The notes beneath the pieces are model-generated. The model had not been told where the DNA came from. It made no database searches and saw only the letters and a program-made list of their open reading frames with translations. A stretch of DNA of 64,000 nt from Candidatus Sericytochromatia bacterium (GTDB taxonomy: Bacteria; Cyanobacteriota; Sericytochromatia; S15B-MN24; UBA4093), in the NCBI GenBank assembly GCA_036676985.1, contig JAKFBU010000007.1, forward strand, positions 1 to 64,000. Direction: 5' to 3'. Below, piece by piece: positions 29,772-39,008 of the stretch. Each line of letters opens with the position of its first letter. Position 1 is the stretch's first letter. The translations under genes were made by a program, and so were the position numbers.

Positions 29772-31703
29772 CTAGACCCCCGACTCGCGCATGGGTGGCG
29801 GTACGGCCGACCTCTGGCTGGCCGGCAGGCTGAAGCGGAAGGTGGAGCCCTTCCCGAGTTCGCTCGCGACCTCGATATGCCCGTCATGGGCCTCGATCAC
29901 CCCCTTGATGAGGGCGAGGCCCAACCCGCTGCCCTTTTCCTGCTGGACCTCGCGGCGCGCGGAGCGGTAGAACTTCTCGAACAGATGCTGCTTGTCCTCG
30001 TCCGACAGACCGATGCCCGTGTCCTGCACCTCGAAGACGACGCAGGCCTCATGGACGCTCGCCCGGACGGTGATGGACCCGCCCGGCGGCGTGTACTTGA
30101 TGGCGTTGGAGAGGAGGTTGTTGAGGATCTGGCGCAGCCGGTCGGGATCGACGACGACCTCGGGCAGGTTGTCGGGCCACTCGGCGGTGATCGTGAGGTG
30201 CTTCTGGGCGGCGAGCGGGCGGAAGAAGGCGAGGGTCTCCTCGATCAGGGCATAGGGATCGACCGGCTCGAGGCGCAGCTTGATGCGACCGACCTCCATG
30301 CGCGCGTAGTCGAGCAGCTCCTCGAGCATGGCCTGCATGCGGTTGCAGGCCTCGATGATCTGCTGCACGTATCCGAGTTCGGCGCTGCCGAGAGGCGGAT
30401 CCTGGGCATCCTGCAACAGCTCCGCGTACCCGATGATCGAGGTCACGGGGATCCGCAGATCGTGGCTCAGCGCGTCGAGGAAGTCTGCCCGGAGCCTATC
30501 GAGGCGCTTCAGGGCTTCGACCGTGGCCTCCCGCTGTTGGTTGGTGAGCGTCAGCTCGTTGGAGCGGGCCTCGAGCTGGACGATGTTCTCGGCGAGGGCG
30601 TCGTAGAGCACCTTGGCGCTCCTGGCCACATGGTCGTATTCCTCGACGCCGCCCGCCACGTTGATCAGGATGTCCGCCTGACCCGGTCGGATGGGCTCGG
30701 TGGTGAGCCGGCGCAACTTCTGGCTGAACTCCTCGACCGGCCTCGCCAGGCGTAGGCTGAGGACCGCCGTCATCCAGACGGCGAGCATCAGGCCGATGGT
30801 CATGATGAGGAGGGTCTGGCGGTTCGCCACGCTGGGCGAGACGAGCATGGTGCTCGCCGCCGGCTGGATGGCGATGAGCGACCAGCCGAGCTTTTCCATG
30901 GGCAGGTAGACCGCGCTGCGCTCCTGGCCCGTTTCCGGATCCCGGAAGACCATGGTCCCGGACCGGCCCTCCTGCGCGAGCTTGACCGGGGGCAGTCCGC
31001 TCAGATCCTGTCGATCCGCCTGGATGCGCTCGTCCGGGTGGGCGATGGTGCGCCCGTTCCGATCGACCAGGAAGGCGACCCGATCGAGCTGGACGGTCTC
31101 GGGATCGCGAAAGGCATGCTGCAGCTGGGACAGACGATAGGTCGCGACGATCGCGCCGCCCGGCGCGAGGGGCAGCACCATGCGCACCACGTAGCGGCCG
31201 CCCGACTCCGGCTCCGGATCCGAGATGACCGTCATCCCCGTGCGCCGGTACTCCTGCCAGTAGGGCCGTTGCGCCAGGTCGAGGCCGACGTCGGCCGGCG
31301 CAGAGCTGGCGGTGACTCGCCCCTGCGGCGAGACCACCCAGACCTGACGAAACGCATCCGAGCGGTAGGTGAAGTCCCCCAGCGCCCGGTTGCGCTCGGC
31401 GCTCACCATGGACGGCCAGGCGGCCGCGATGATCTCGGCCTGATCGAGCGCGTTGGCGATGAGCGTCGTCAGGATCTTCTCCCGGGCCGTGGCGGTCACG
31501 AGCAGGTCCTGCTCGATGTTGTGCTCGACCGTGCGGATCTCCGTCTCGTATTGCCATTGGGTGGCCAAGGCGACCAGCAGGATCGGTAAGACCACCACCG
31601 GCAGGAAGGCCATCAGCAGCAGGGTCTTGAGCGATCGCTTTCGCCTCAAATCGACCTCCGCGGTGCCCGCTCGTCGCGGCGTCATTGTAACATCTCGCAA
31701 CAT
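29772..31703 (-). CDS. Membrane sensor histidine kinase (dCache, HAMP-like, HisKA, HATPase)
   Basis: Two TM helices; IAHPD Cache motif; SHDLRIP, NLLSNAIKY, DTGIG, GSGLGL. Start may be 31685. Confidence 0.92.
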   Translation of the reverse strand: MLRDVTMTPRRAGTAEVDLRRKRSLKTLLLMAFLPVVVLPILLVALATQWQYETEIRTVEHNIEQDLLVTATAREKILTTLIANALDQAEIIAAAWPSMVSAERNRALGDFTYRSDAFRQVWVVSPQGRVTASSAPADVGLDLAQRPYWQEYRRTGMTVISDPEPESGGRYVVRMVLPLAPGGAIVATYRLSQLQHAFRDPETVQLDRVAFLVDRNGRTIAHPDERIQADRQDLSGLPPVKLAQEGRSGTMVFRDPETGQERSAVYLPMEKLGWSLIAIQPAASTMLVSPSVANRQTLLIMTIGLMLAVWMTAVLSLRLARPVEEFSQKLRRLTTEPIRPGQADILINVAGGVEEYDHVARSAKVLYDALAENIVQLEARSNELTLTNQQREATVEALKRLDRLRADFLDALSHDLRIPVTSIIGYAELLQDAQDPPLGSAELGYVQQIIEACNRMQAMLEELLDYARMEVGRIKLRLEPVDPYALIEETLAFFRPLAAQKHLTITAEWPDNLPEVVVDPDRLRQILNNLLSNAIKYTPPGGSITVRASVHEACVVFEVQDTGIGLSDEDKQHLFEKFYRSARREVQQEKGSGLGLALIKGVIEAHDGHIEVASELGKGSTFRFSLPASQRSAVPPPMRESGV

Positions 31704-31760
31704 TCAGAACAACCGTGCGGCACTCGAGCAGTCCTCTTCAAAGGACGTTCGACCGGGTAC

Positions 31761-32681
31761 ATGACCGGCATGCTAGCCACACATTCCCTCACCACCGCCG
31801 CCCGCCTCCTCGATCGCCTCGGAGAGAACGCCCTGGAATGGGTCACCACCAAAGGCCTCTCGGTCCTCGTGACCTTGGTGGCCGCGGGCCTCGTGCTCCG
31901 GGTCGGCACCTCGCTCATCGACAGCATCCAGGCGAAGCTGCAGGAGAATCCGCGACCCGAGATCAACGCCCGCCTCACCCAGCGGAGCCTGACGCTCACG
32001 ACCATCCTGCGCAGCACGCTGCGGGCCGTCATCCTCTTCGCCGCGACCCTCACGCTCCTGTCCGCAGTGGGCATCAACATCACGCCGATCCTCGCGAGCG
32101 CCGGCGTGGTGGGCCTCGCGGTCGGCTTCGGGGCTCAGAGCCTGGTCAAGGACGTCATCACGGGCTTCTTCATCCTCTTGGAGGACCAGTACGGCGTCGG
32201 GGACGTCGTGACCATCGACGGCAAGTCCGGGCTGGTCGAGCGGATGAACCTCCGCATCACGCAGCTGCGCAACACGGCTGGCGAGCTCATCACCATTCCC
32301 AACGGCCAGGTCTCCGTGGTCGCCAACCTGTCGAAGGAGTGGGCGCGCGCCGTGCTCGAGCTCGGGGTGGCCTACGACGCGGACATCGACCACGTCCTCC
32401 AGGTCATGGTCGACGAGGGCACCCGCCTGCGCCTGGACTGGCCCGAACGGGTCATCGCGGATCCCGAGATCAGCGGCATCCAGTCCTTCGGGGACTCGAG
32501 CATCCAGCTGCGCGTGCTCATGAAGACGGCCCCCCTCAAGCAATGGGAGGTGGCCAGCGAGTGGCGGCGGCGGGTGAAGTTCGCGTTCGATCGGGAGGGC
32601 ATCTCGATCCCGTACCCGCAGCGGGTGTTGCGGATCGTGCCCGAGGCCAAGGGCCAGGAAGCGCTCGACCGTCTGGTCTAG
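31761..32681 (+). CDS. Small-conductance mechanosensitive channel (MscS family)
   Basis: GLAVGFGAQSLVKD..GFFILLEDQYGVGD; IPNG; GISIPYP. Confidence 0.93.
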   Translation: MTGMLATHSLTTAARLLDRLGENALEWVTTKGLSVLVTLVAAGLVLRVGTSLIDSIQAKLQENPRPEINARLTQRSLTLTTILRSTLRAVILFAATLTLLSAVGINITPILASAGVVGLAVGFGAQSLVKDVITGFFILLEDQYGVGDVVTIDGKSGLVERMNLRITQLRNTAGELITIPNGQVSVVANLSKEWARAVLELGVAYDADIDHVLQVMVDEGTRLRLDWPERVIADPEISGIQSFGDSSIQLRVLMKTAPLKQWEVASEWRRRVKFAFDREGISIPYPQRVLRIVPEAKGQEALDRLV

Positions 32682-33376
32682 CGGGAGACGGACACCCCGA
32701 CGTTCCAGTCCTTGAAGGCCATGTAGGCCGCCAGCTCCGCGCGGGAAATGGTCAGGCTGCCGACCTTCGACTGGGGGTCGTTGATGGTGACGCGATCGCC
32801 CTCGATGCCCGTGACCAGGATGAAGTGACCGCCGTTGAACTTGGCGTACTGGTCGTCGGTGAAGCGATGCGTGTAGGCGACGGGGTTGCCGGCGAGCACG
32901 ACGGGCTTGCCCTGGGCGATCGCCCGCTCCACGCCGGCCATGCCGTAGACCTTCTCGGCCCGCGCGCCGCTCGCGAGCGCGCCGCGCAGCACGTCGTCGT
33001 CCGAGGTGAGCTTGTAGTCGTTCTCGTCGCCCTCCATGGCCATGCGGGTCTTGTCGATCCATGCCTCGGGGTTGGAGGGGTCGTAGAGGCCGGGCGGCAT
33101 GAGGCCCACGGCCTTGAGGGCCATGGCGAGGCTCGCCGGGCCGCAGTTGGTGTTGCCGTTGTTGGCGTTGGGGTTCCAGCCGGACCGGACCTGGCTGATG
33201 AAGAAGCTGTTGGGGTCGCGCCGGGGAATGCTCGGGACGAAGACGTCCCGCCCGAGAGGCGCGTAGCCCGGAATCGGAGCCTGCGGCAGGACCGGACGCG
33301 CAGGGGGGACGGCCTGAACCATGCGGTGCAGGGCCTGCAGCATTTCGGCATAAGATCCGAGCCGTCCAACCGACAT
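32678..33376 (-). CDS. C39-like cysteine peptidase without a Sec signal
   Basis: Q...NCGPASLAM, GHFIL, INDP catalytic motifs; GGAGG RBS. Confidence 0.8.
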   Translation of the reverse strand: MSVGRLGSYAEMLQALHRMVQAVPPARPVLPQAPIPGYAPLGRDVFVPSIPRRDPNSFFISQVRSGWNPNANNGNTNCGPASLAMALKAVGLMPPGLYDPSNPEAWIDKTRMAMEGDENDYKLTSDDDVLRGALASGARAEKVYGMAGVERAIAQGKPVVLAGNPVAYTHRFTDDQYAKFNGGHFILVTGIEGDRVTINDPQSKVGSLTISRAELAAYMAFKDWNVGVSVSR

Positions 33377-33492
33377 AGGGTACCTCCTGAGGGGAGTTAT
33401 CGGCGGATCGGCGGGATCAGGCGTTTATCGCACAGTTAAGGTTGAAGTAAGCTTCCGGGAAAAGAAGTGACCCTGGCGGGGGTCATGCGCAC

Positions 33493-33643
33493 AAGGAGGA
33501 CCCCCCCTAGCCCCCCCTCTAGAGGGGGGGGAAGCCATTGGGAGGGGTTGTTAGAGCCAAGATCCTAAGGAGAAGCCCTGTTCTCCACCTACCCATGATC
33601 CTTACACCCCCCCTCTAGAGGGGGGGCTGGGGGGGTCCTCCTT
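33493..33643. repeat. MITE/REP-like palindromic element, subfamily A (reverse orientation)
   Basis: Terminal inverted repeats AAGGAGGA-C7-(T)AG-C7-TCTAGA-G7; core shared with the 42536 and 51508 copies. Confidence 0.85.
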
Positions 33644-33696
33644 AGAAAAACCCGCATGCAAAAACCCCCGGCTTCGGCCGGGGGCGAGAGAAGAGT

Positions 33697-34443
33697 TTAG
33701 ACCTGCGGCTGGGGCGGCTGCGGGCAGAGGATGTGCTGCAGCTGCTTCACGGCGCGCTTGAGCCGGCGGCAGATCTCCATCTGGGAGACCCCGAGGCGAC
33801 GCGCGACCTCGGCCTGGGTCATGTCCTGGAAGTACCGCATCTCCAGGAGCTCCTGCTGCTGCTTCGACAGGCGGCCCATCGCTTCCTTGAGCAGAAGGCG
33901 CTCGTCCAGGTCCAGCTGACCGTCGCGCTGCGAGCGCGGATCCATCAGGGTGTCGAGCAGGGTGCGAGTGTCGTCGTCGTCGCCGCGACCCTCCTGGTCC
34001 AGCCAGTACACCGACACGCGGTTGTCGTACTGCTTGACCTCGTCGATCTGCTGCACCGAGATTTCCAGGATGGTTGCCAGCTCTTGGTGGGTCGGCTCGC
34101 GGCCGAGCTCGTGGGAGAGGTTCGCCGTCACGACGCTCAGACGGTAGCTGAGCTCCTGCAGGGCGCGCGGACCGCGCATGAGGTTCTGGCGATCGCGCAG
34201 GTAGTGGCGGATGTGACCGGTGATGTAGTGGACGGCGTAGGTCTTGAACTCGGTGTTGTGACCCAGTTCGTAGCGGTCGATGGCCTCGAGGAGACCGATC
34301 GAACCCACCTGGATCAAATCCTCGACGGGGTCCGTGCTACGACGGGCGAGACCGCGGGCAATCTTCTTCACCAACGGCAGGAACTCGTGCACGAGACGCT
34401 CGCGTTCCTTGGCGGTCAACGACCACTTACGGGTACCTTCCAC
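33697..34443 (-). CDS. Group 3 alternative sigma factor (SigF/SigB family)
   Basis: EDLIQVGSIGLLEAIDRY, GHIRHYLRD, LGREPT, MTQAEVARRLGVSQM; GTG start after GGAGG. Confidence 0.92.
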   Translation of the reverse strand: MEGTRKWSLTAKERERLVHEFLPLVKKIARGLARRSTDPVEDLIQVGSIGLLEAIDRYELGHNTEFKTYAVHYITGHIRHYLRDRQNLMRGPRALQELSYRLSVVTANLSHELGREPTHQELATILEISVQQIDEVKQYDNRVSVYWLDQEGRGDDDDTRTLLDTLMDPRSQRDGQLDLDERLLLKEAMGRLSKQQQELLEMRYFQDMTQAEVARRLGVSQMEICRRLKRAVKQLQHILCPQPPQPQV

Positions 34444-34751
34444 GCATAACCTCCGGATCATTCAAGTCTGGCTTGCTAGATTCGGGTCCACCGTGACGCG
34501 TCCCCTTACCTGTTGCCGAGGCTTGCTGCTGCTCTCCATTCGAGACGCGTGGGCCCCTTCGACTAGGTAAGGTGAAGTATAACAGAAAGATTAAGTCGTT
34601 ATGAGCTTCTCAGCCCTTACGAATTGTTAATCCACTGTCAATTAGTGCGTTTTCCTTCTTAGACGTGGGTAAAAGATCTCGGTTAACGTCTAAATCAAGT
34701 AAGCGAGGGTTAACCCTTGCTCGCTTGGCGGAAAATCGCACCGCGCCTCGG

Positions 34752-36143
34752 TTATTTTCCCACGCAGAAGCTCGCGAAGATGTGATCGATCACCTCTTCC
34801 TTGAGGTCCTCCCCGGTGATTTCGCCGAGCGCCTCGACCGCGTCCCGCAGGTCGATGGCGACGAAATCGGCCGGAAAGCCTCCTGCGACGCTCTCATTCG
34901 CCTTGTTGAGGCTCTCCCGAGCCCGCAACAGGGCGGCGTGGTGGCGGGCGTTGATGGCCACGGCTTGAACCGGGGCCAAGGCAGCGCCTACCGCCACATC
35001 ATAGATCGCCTGCTCGAGATCCGCCAGTCCTACGCCCGTTCGTGCCGAGATCGCCACGGCCCGAACCCCGCTCGGCAAGCCTTTCAGAGGACCGTCGACA
35101 GGACAGCGATCGATCTTATTCAGGACAACCAGGGTGGGTCCGGCCCCCATTGCCGCCTCCAGGATCGCATGGTCCGCCGGCCCGGGCTCCGTGCCCGCTT
35201 CCAGCACCACGAGCCGGAGATCGGCCTCGCCGAGGGCGGCGCGCGATCGCGCGATCCCGATCCGCTCCACCAGATCGGCCCCCTCGTCCCGGATCCCCGC
35301 CGTGTCGAGCACCCGGAAGGGCACGCCCTTGATGGCGAGCCCCGCTTCCAGGACGTCGCGCGTCGTGCCGGCCACGTCCGTGACGATGGCGCGCTCCGCC
35401 TGCAACAGGGCGTTCAGGAGGCTCGACTTGCCCACGTTGGGACGCCCCACGATGGCAAGCGCTGCCCCCTCGCGCAGGATCCGGCCGCCCTCGGCCGTCG
35501 CGATGAGGTCGGCCGCACGCGCCATGAGGTCGTCGAGCGTCGCGCGCATCCGCTCGTCGGGAGGGGCGTCGATCTCGTCCGGAAAGTCGATGGAGGCCTC
35601 GAGCTCGGCCAGGAGGTGCTTGATGGGCGCGCGCAGGGCGGACGTCGCCCGGGCGAGATGCCCCTCGAGCTGCCCCACGGCCGTCTTGAGGGCCCGCTCC
35701 GTGCGCGCGCTCGAGATCTCCGCGATGGCCTCCGCCTGCGTCAGATCGATCCGCCCGCCCAAAAAGGCGCGCTTGGTGAACTCCCCGGCCGCCGCGAGGC
35801 GCGCGCCCTGCGCGAGGACCGCGGCCAACAGGCGCTGCATGACCGCAGGACCCGCGTGGCACTGGAACTCCACCACGTCCTCGGTGGTGTAGGAATGTGG
35901 GGCGCGGAAGACCAGCATGACGATCTCGTCGAGCGTCTCCTCTGTCGCGGGATCGACGAAGTGGCCCACGTGGGCCTGGCGGCCGGGACGAGCCGCTAGC
36001 GGGGGATCGAGGGGGCGCATGCCCCAGTCACGAAAGAGGGCCTGCGCCATGGGCATGGCGTCGGGCCCGCTGAGTCGGATGATGCCCACCCCTCCGACCC
36101 CCGGAGGGGTCGCGATGGCGGCGATGGTGTCGATCAGGTGCAT
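34752..36143 (-). CDS. mnmE: tRNA modification GTPase MnmE
   Basis: DTIAAIATP, GRPNVGKSS, GTTRD, DTAGIR, FCVGK. Confidence 0.98.
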   Translation of the reverse strand: MHLIDTIAAIATPPGVGGVGIIRLSGPDAMPMAQALFRDWGMRPLDPPLAARPGRQAHVGHFVDPATEETLDEIVMLVFRAPHSYTTEDVVEFQCHAGPAVMQRLLAAVLAQGARLAAAGEFTKRAFLGGRIDLTQAEAIAEISSARTERALKTAVGQLEGHLARATSALRAPIKHLLAELEASIDFPDEIDAPPDERMRATLDDLMARAADLIATAEGGRILREGAALAIVGRPNVGKSSLLNALLQAERAIVTDVAGTTRDVLEAGLAIKGVPFRVLDTAGIRDEGADLVERIGIARSRAALGEADLRLVVLEAGTEPGPADHAILEAAMGAGPTLVVLNKIDRCPVDGPLKGLPSGVRAVAISARTGVGLADLEQAIYDVAVGAALAPVQAVAINARHHAALLRARESLNKANESVAGGFPADFVAIDLRDAVEALGEITGEDLKEEVIDHIFASFCVGK

Positions 36144-36176
36144 GACTGGGCCTTCGCTAGCGGCATGGAGTGCCGA

Positions 36177-36248
36177 CTCGTTCTACCCCCCCCATCCCCC
36201 CCTGCTAGGGGGGGCGTTCCCGCTTCCCCGTTGGGGAAGCGGGGAAAC
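36177..36248. repeat. Palindromic repeat, subfamily B, plus an adjacent hairpin between jag and mnmE
   Basis: CTCGTTCTA-C8-AT-C7-TGCTA-G7-CGTT, then CCCGCTTCCCC-GTT-GGGGAAGCGGG. Confidence 0.75.
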
Positions 36249-36869
36249 CTAGCGGCCGAAGGGGCGGGCGGCGCCGCGGCGGGGATGGACCACCACGAAG
36301 CGGTTCGGCTCCTCGCCCTGGCTGCCCGTCTCGAGGTCCGCGAACGTCTGGAGCTCGTTGTGGACGATCTTGCGATCGGCCGCGCCCATGGGCGCCATGC
36401 GCACCGAGCGTCCCGTCGAGCGCACGCGCTCCGCCGCCTGATGGGCCTGCTCGATGAGCTTCTCCATGTGGCGGCGGCGGTAGTCATGCACGTCCACCTG
36501 CAGCCGCTTGCCCGTCCGGGGGCCGTAGGCCACGTTCAGGAGGTACTGGAGGGCGTCCAGCGTCGAGCCCTTGCGGCCGATCAGCATGCCGGCGTCGTCC
36601 TCGGTCTCGATGTGCAGCGTCACGGCCTCGGGCTCGAAGATGATGCCCACCGAGCACTCCATGCCCATGGCGTCCAGCACGTCGAGCAGCCAGTCCTGGG
36701 CCTCGTCGATGGCCGTGTCCCGCACGATGAGGCGCAGGCGGACCGGACCGCCGTCCTTGCCGTCGGAGAGAACCTCGACGTCCACCTCCTCGAGATCCCG
36801 CTGGAGCAGGTCGAGGGCTTCGTCGAGTGCCTGGTCGTAGGTCGGGGCGGCGTGCTCTAGCTGTTCCAC
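36249..36869 (-). CDS. jag: Jag/EloR (KhpB) RNA-binding protein (KH + R3H)
   Basis: LIGRKGSTLDALQYL; DRKIVH; GEEPNRFVV; synteny. Confidence 0.92.
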   Translation of the reverse strand: MEQLEHAAPTYDQALDEALDLLQRDLEEVDVEVLSDGKDGGPVRLRLIVRDTAIDEAQDWLLDVLDAMGMECSVGIIFEPEAVTLHIETEDDAGMLIGRKGSTLDALQYLLNVAYGPRTGKRLQVDVHDYRRRHMEKLIEQAHQAAERVRSTGRSVRMAPMGAADRKIVHNELQTFADLETGSQGEEPNRFVVVHPRRGAARPFGR

Positions 36870-36872
36870 GTC

Positions 36873-37652
36873 TTAGTTCCCTTTCTTGCCGGACTTCTTG
36901 GACTGGTTGTCTTCGACGACCGTGGGGGTGGTGTCGATGATGGCCTTGGAGGCCGGCACCGACGGACCCGCGGCGGGCACGGCAGCCGGGCCGCGCATGA
37001 GCAGGTAGTTCTGGGCGATGGTGAAGATGTTCGAGACGGCGATGTACAGCAGGATGCCCGAGGGCAGGGGGAAGAACAGGAACATGACCGTCATCATGAG
37101 CGGCATCATGGTCAGCATCTGCTTCTGCATCGGATCGTCCGGGTTGGTGGTCATCATCTTCTGGGTGACGTAGGTCGTCACGCCGAAGAAGATCACCAGC
37201 GCCAGGTTGTCCCAGAGGATGCCGTGGTCCTTGCCGGGCAGCACGCCCACCGCCGCGAGGTTCTGGATGAACAGGAAGCCCTTGTGGGCGATCTGATCCT
37301 GGAACTCCTTGTTGATGAGGGCCGAGTAAAGGGCGAACAGGAAGGGCAGCTGGATCAGCATGGGCAAGCAGCTGCTGAAGGGGTTCGCGTTGTGCTCCTT
37401 GTAGAACTCCATCATCTTGATCTGGAGCTCTTCGGGCTTGTCCTTGTACTTCTGCTGCAGCTCGACCAGCTTGGGCTGGAGGAGCTGCATCTGGCGACTC
37501 GCCTTGAACTGCTTGGCCGTGAGCGGGTAGAGGGCCGCCTTGATGGTGAGCGTGAGGAGGATGATGGCCCAGCCGTACGAACGGGTCAGCTCGTAGAACG
37601 AGTTGAGGATGGGGATCATCATCTCATTGGCAATGAAGTCGATGGGGTTCAC
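36873..37652 (-). CDS. yidC: Membrane protein insertase YidC (short form, no large periplasmic domain)
   Basis: [31 protein letters not shown]; synteny. Confidence 0.95.
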   Translation of the reverse strand: MNPIDFIANEMMIPILNSFYELTRSYGWAIILLTLTIKAALYPLTAKQFKASRQMQLLQPKLVELQQKYKDKPEELQIKMMEFYKEHNANPFSSCLPMLIQLPFLFALYSALINKEFQDQIAHKGFLFIQNLAAVGVLPGKDHGILWDNLALVIFFGVTTYVTQKMMTTNPDDPMQKQMLTMMPLMMTVMFLFFPLPSGILLYIAVSNIFTIAQNYLLMRGPAAVPAAGPSVPASKAIIDTTPTVVEDNQSKKSGKKGN

Positions 37653-37900
37653 TCGGATCTCCTAAGCGGTCCGCCGGGGACCGGATCATAACCCCCTGGC
37701 GTCCAGGGGTGGCAGCGCAAGAGGCGCCAGACGGCGAGCCCGAGACCCTTGCCCGGACCGTGCCGGGTGATGGCCTCGAGGGCGTATTGCGAACAGGTGG
37801 GGTAGTAGCGGCACCGGCGCGGCGTCATTCGAGAAAAGAATTGGTAGATTCGAATCAGCGCGGCCAGGATTCCGGTCAGCGCGGCCATCAGAGCCTTCAT
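37649..37900 (-). CDS. yidD: Membrane protein insertion efficiency factor YidD
   Basis: [10 protein letters not shown]...[15 protein letters not shown]. Confidence 0.95.
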   Translation of the reverse strand: MKALMAALTGILAALIRIYQFFSRMTPRRCRYYPTCSQYALEAITRHGPGKGLGLAVWRLLRCHPWTPGGYDPVPGGPLRRSE

Positions 37901-37951
37901 GGGCGACCTCTCCGCACGGCTGCACGTGGAGCGCAGCGCTACCCCAAAAGT

Positions 37952-38329
37952 TTAAGGTGCCTCCACCCCCTTGTCCACATTCGAGCTGAGGCGAAGCCGC
38001 GCGCGCTCGAGCACGCGGGACACCGCGGCGGCAAGGGCCGCGTAGTCCGCCTCGGCCGCTGGGGGCCGGGCGCGGAAGATGAGGTGGTGCCCGGGAAGAA
38101 GCCCCGGGAGCTCTCGGCGGACGGCCTCCCGCAGCCGCCGCTTCACGCGGTTGCGGATCACCGCCCCGCCCACCTTCTTGCTAACCGAGAAACCGACCTG
38201 GCATACGCCAGGCCGGTCCTTGAGAGCTTTGACATGCAGCACCACCAGGGCATCGGGATAAGCCTTGCCCGACTCGAAGACCGTCCGAAACTCGCTCGAA
38301 CGTTTTAGGCGGGCGCCCGGTGGCAACAT
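37952..38329 (-). CDS. rnpA: Ribonuclease P protein component
   Basis: GFSVSKKVGGAVIRNRVKRRLRE. Confidence 0.96.
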   Translation of the reverse strand: MLPPGARLKRSSEFRTVFESGKAYPDALVVLHVKALKDRPGVCQVGFSVSKKVGGAVIRNRVKRRLREAVRRELPGLLPGHHLIFRARPPAAEADYAALAAAVSRVLERARLRLSSNVDKGVEAP

Positions 38330-38339
38330 GGGTTGGGCT

Positions 38340-38489
38340 TTAGCCCGCCAGGCGCTTGCGGCCCTTGGCGCGGCGCGCCTTGATGACGCGGCGGCCGTTC
38401 TTGGTCGCCATGCGAACCAGGAAGCCGTGGGTCTTGGCGCGCTTGCGCTTCTTGCCGCCGTGGCGGAACGTCAGAGCTTGTTGAGCCAT
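38340..38489 (-). CDS. rpmH: 50S ribosomal protein L34 (absent from the ORF track)
   Basis: [49 protein letters not shown]; GGAGG RBS; synteny. Confidence 0.96.
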   Translation of the reverse strand: MAQQALTFRHGGKKRKRAKTHGFLVRMATKNGRRVIKARRAKGRKRLAG

Positions 38490-39008
38490 GTCGAAACCTA
38501 TCCTCCATTTGCCGTGGTCTGGGGTCGGGCCGGCTACCGTTATGGACCGTTAACTCCCGGCAAACCTCCCGCGCTTGCGGCGCCATGTGGGCGTTTGCTA
38601 GAATTCGGCTCCCTCGGGCGGGCCGGATCGGCGTCCATTGGGCGCGGAGGCTCCTGGGATGCCGAGAAAACCTCGCCAGCTTATCACAAACTTAACCGTA
38701 GATCAACGCAATTCCGGCGCTGCCCCATGGATCCGCCCCCCGGGCCGGGATCCAGGCGAGGGCTCCCGGCTTTCGAAATCTTCACATACGGATCGTCTAG
38801 CCTAGCAAGCGTTTCGGAGTTAGTATGATCACAACTTGGCCGATCACGGCCCTCCAAACCTCCGTGGCGCGCAGGTTTGCGCTCCACGCCAGGTCCCAAA
38901 TAAGCCCTTGATGCACATCGCTCCGGTTGGTGGAGCCGCCGCCCAGCGCGGCCGCTCCGCTTTGCCCTCGCGATGCCTGTGCTGCTTGGAAGGTTGATCG
39001 TTAACTGC

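Noticed and set aside
34462-34539. 25-codon in-frame upstream ORF ending in TGA just before the sigma factor (possible second UGA readthrough)
   Set aside because: No RBS, no Cys-type context and no SECIS-like hairpin; the sigma factor has its own GGAGG-GTG start.
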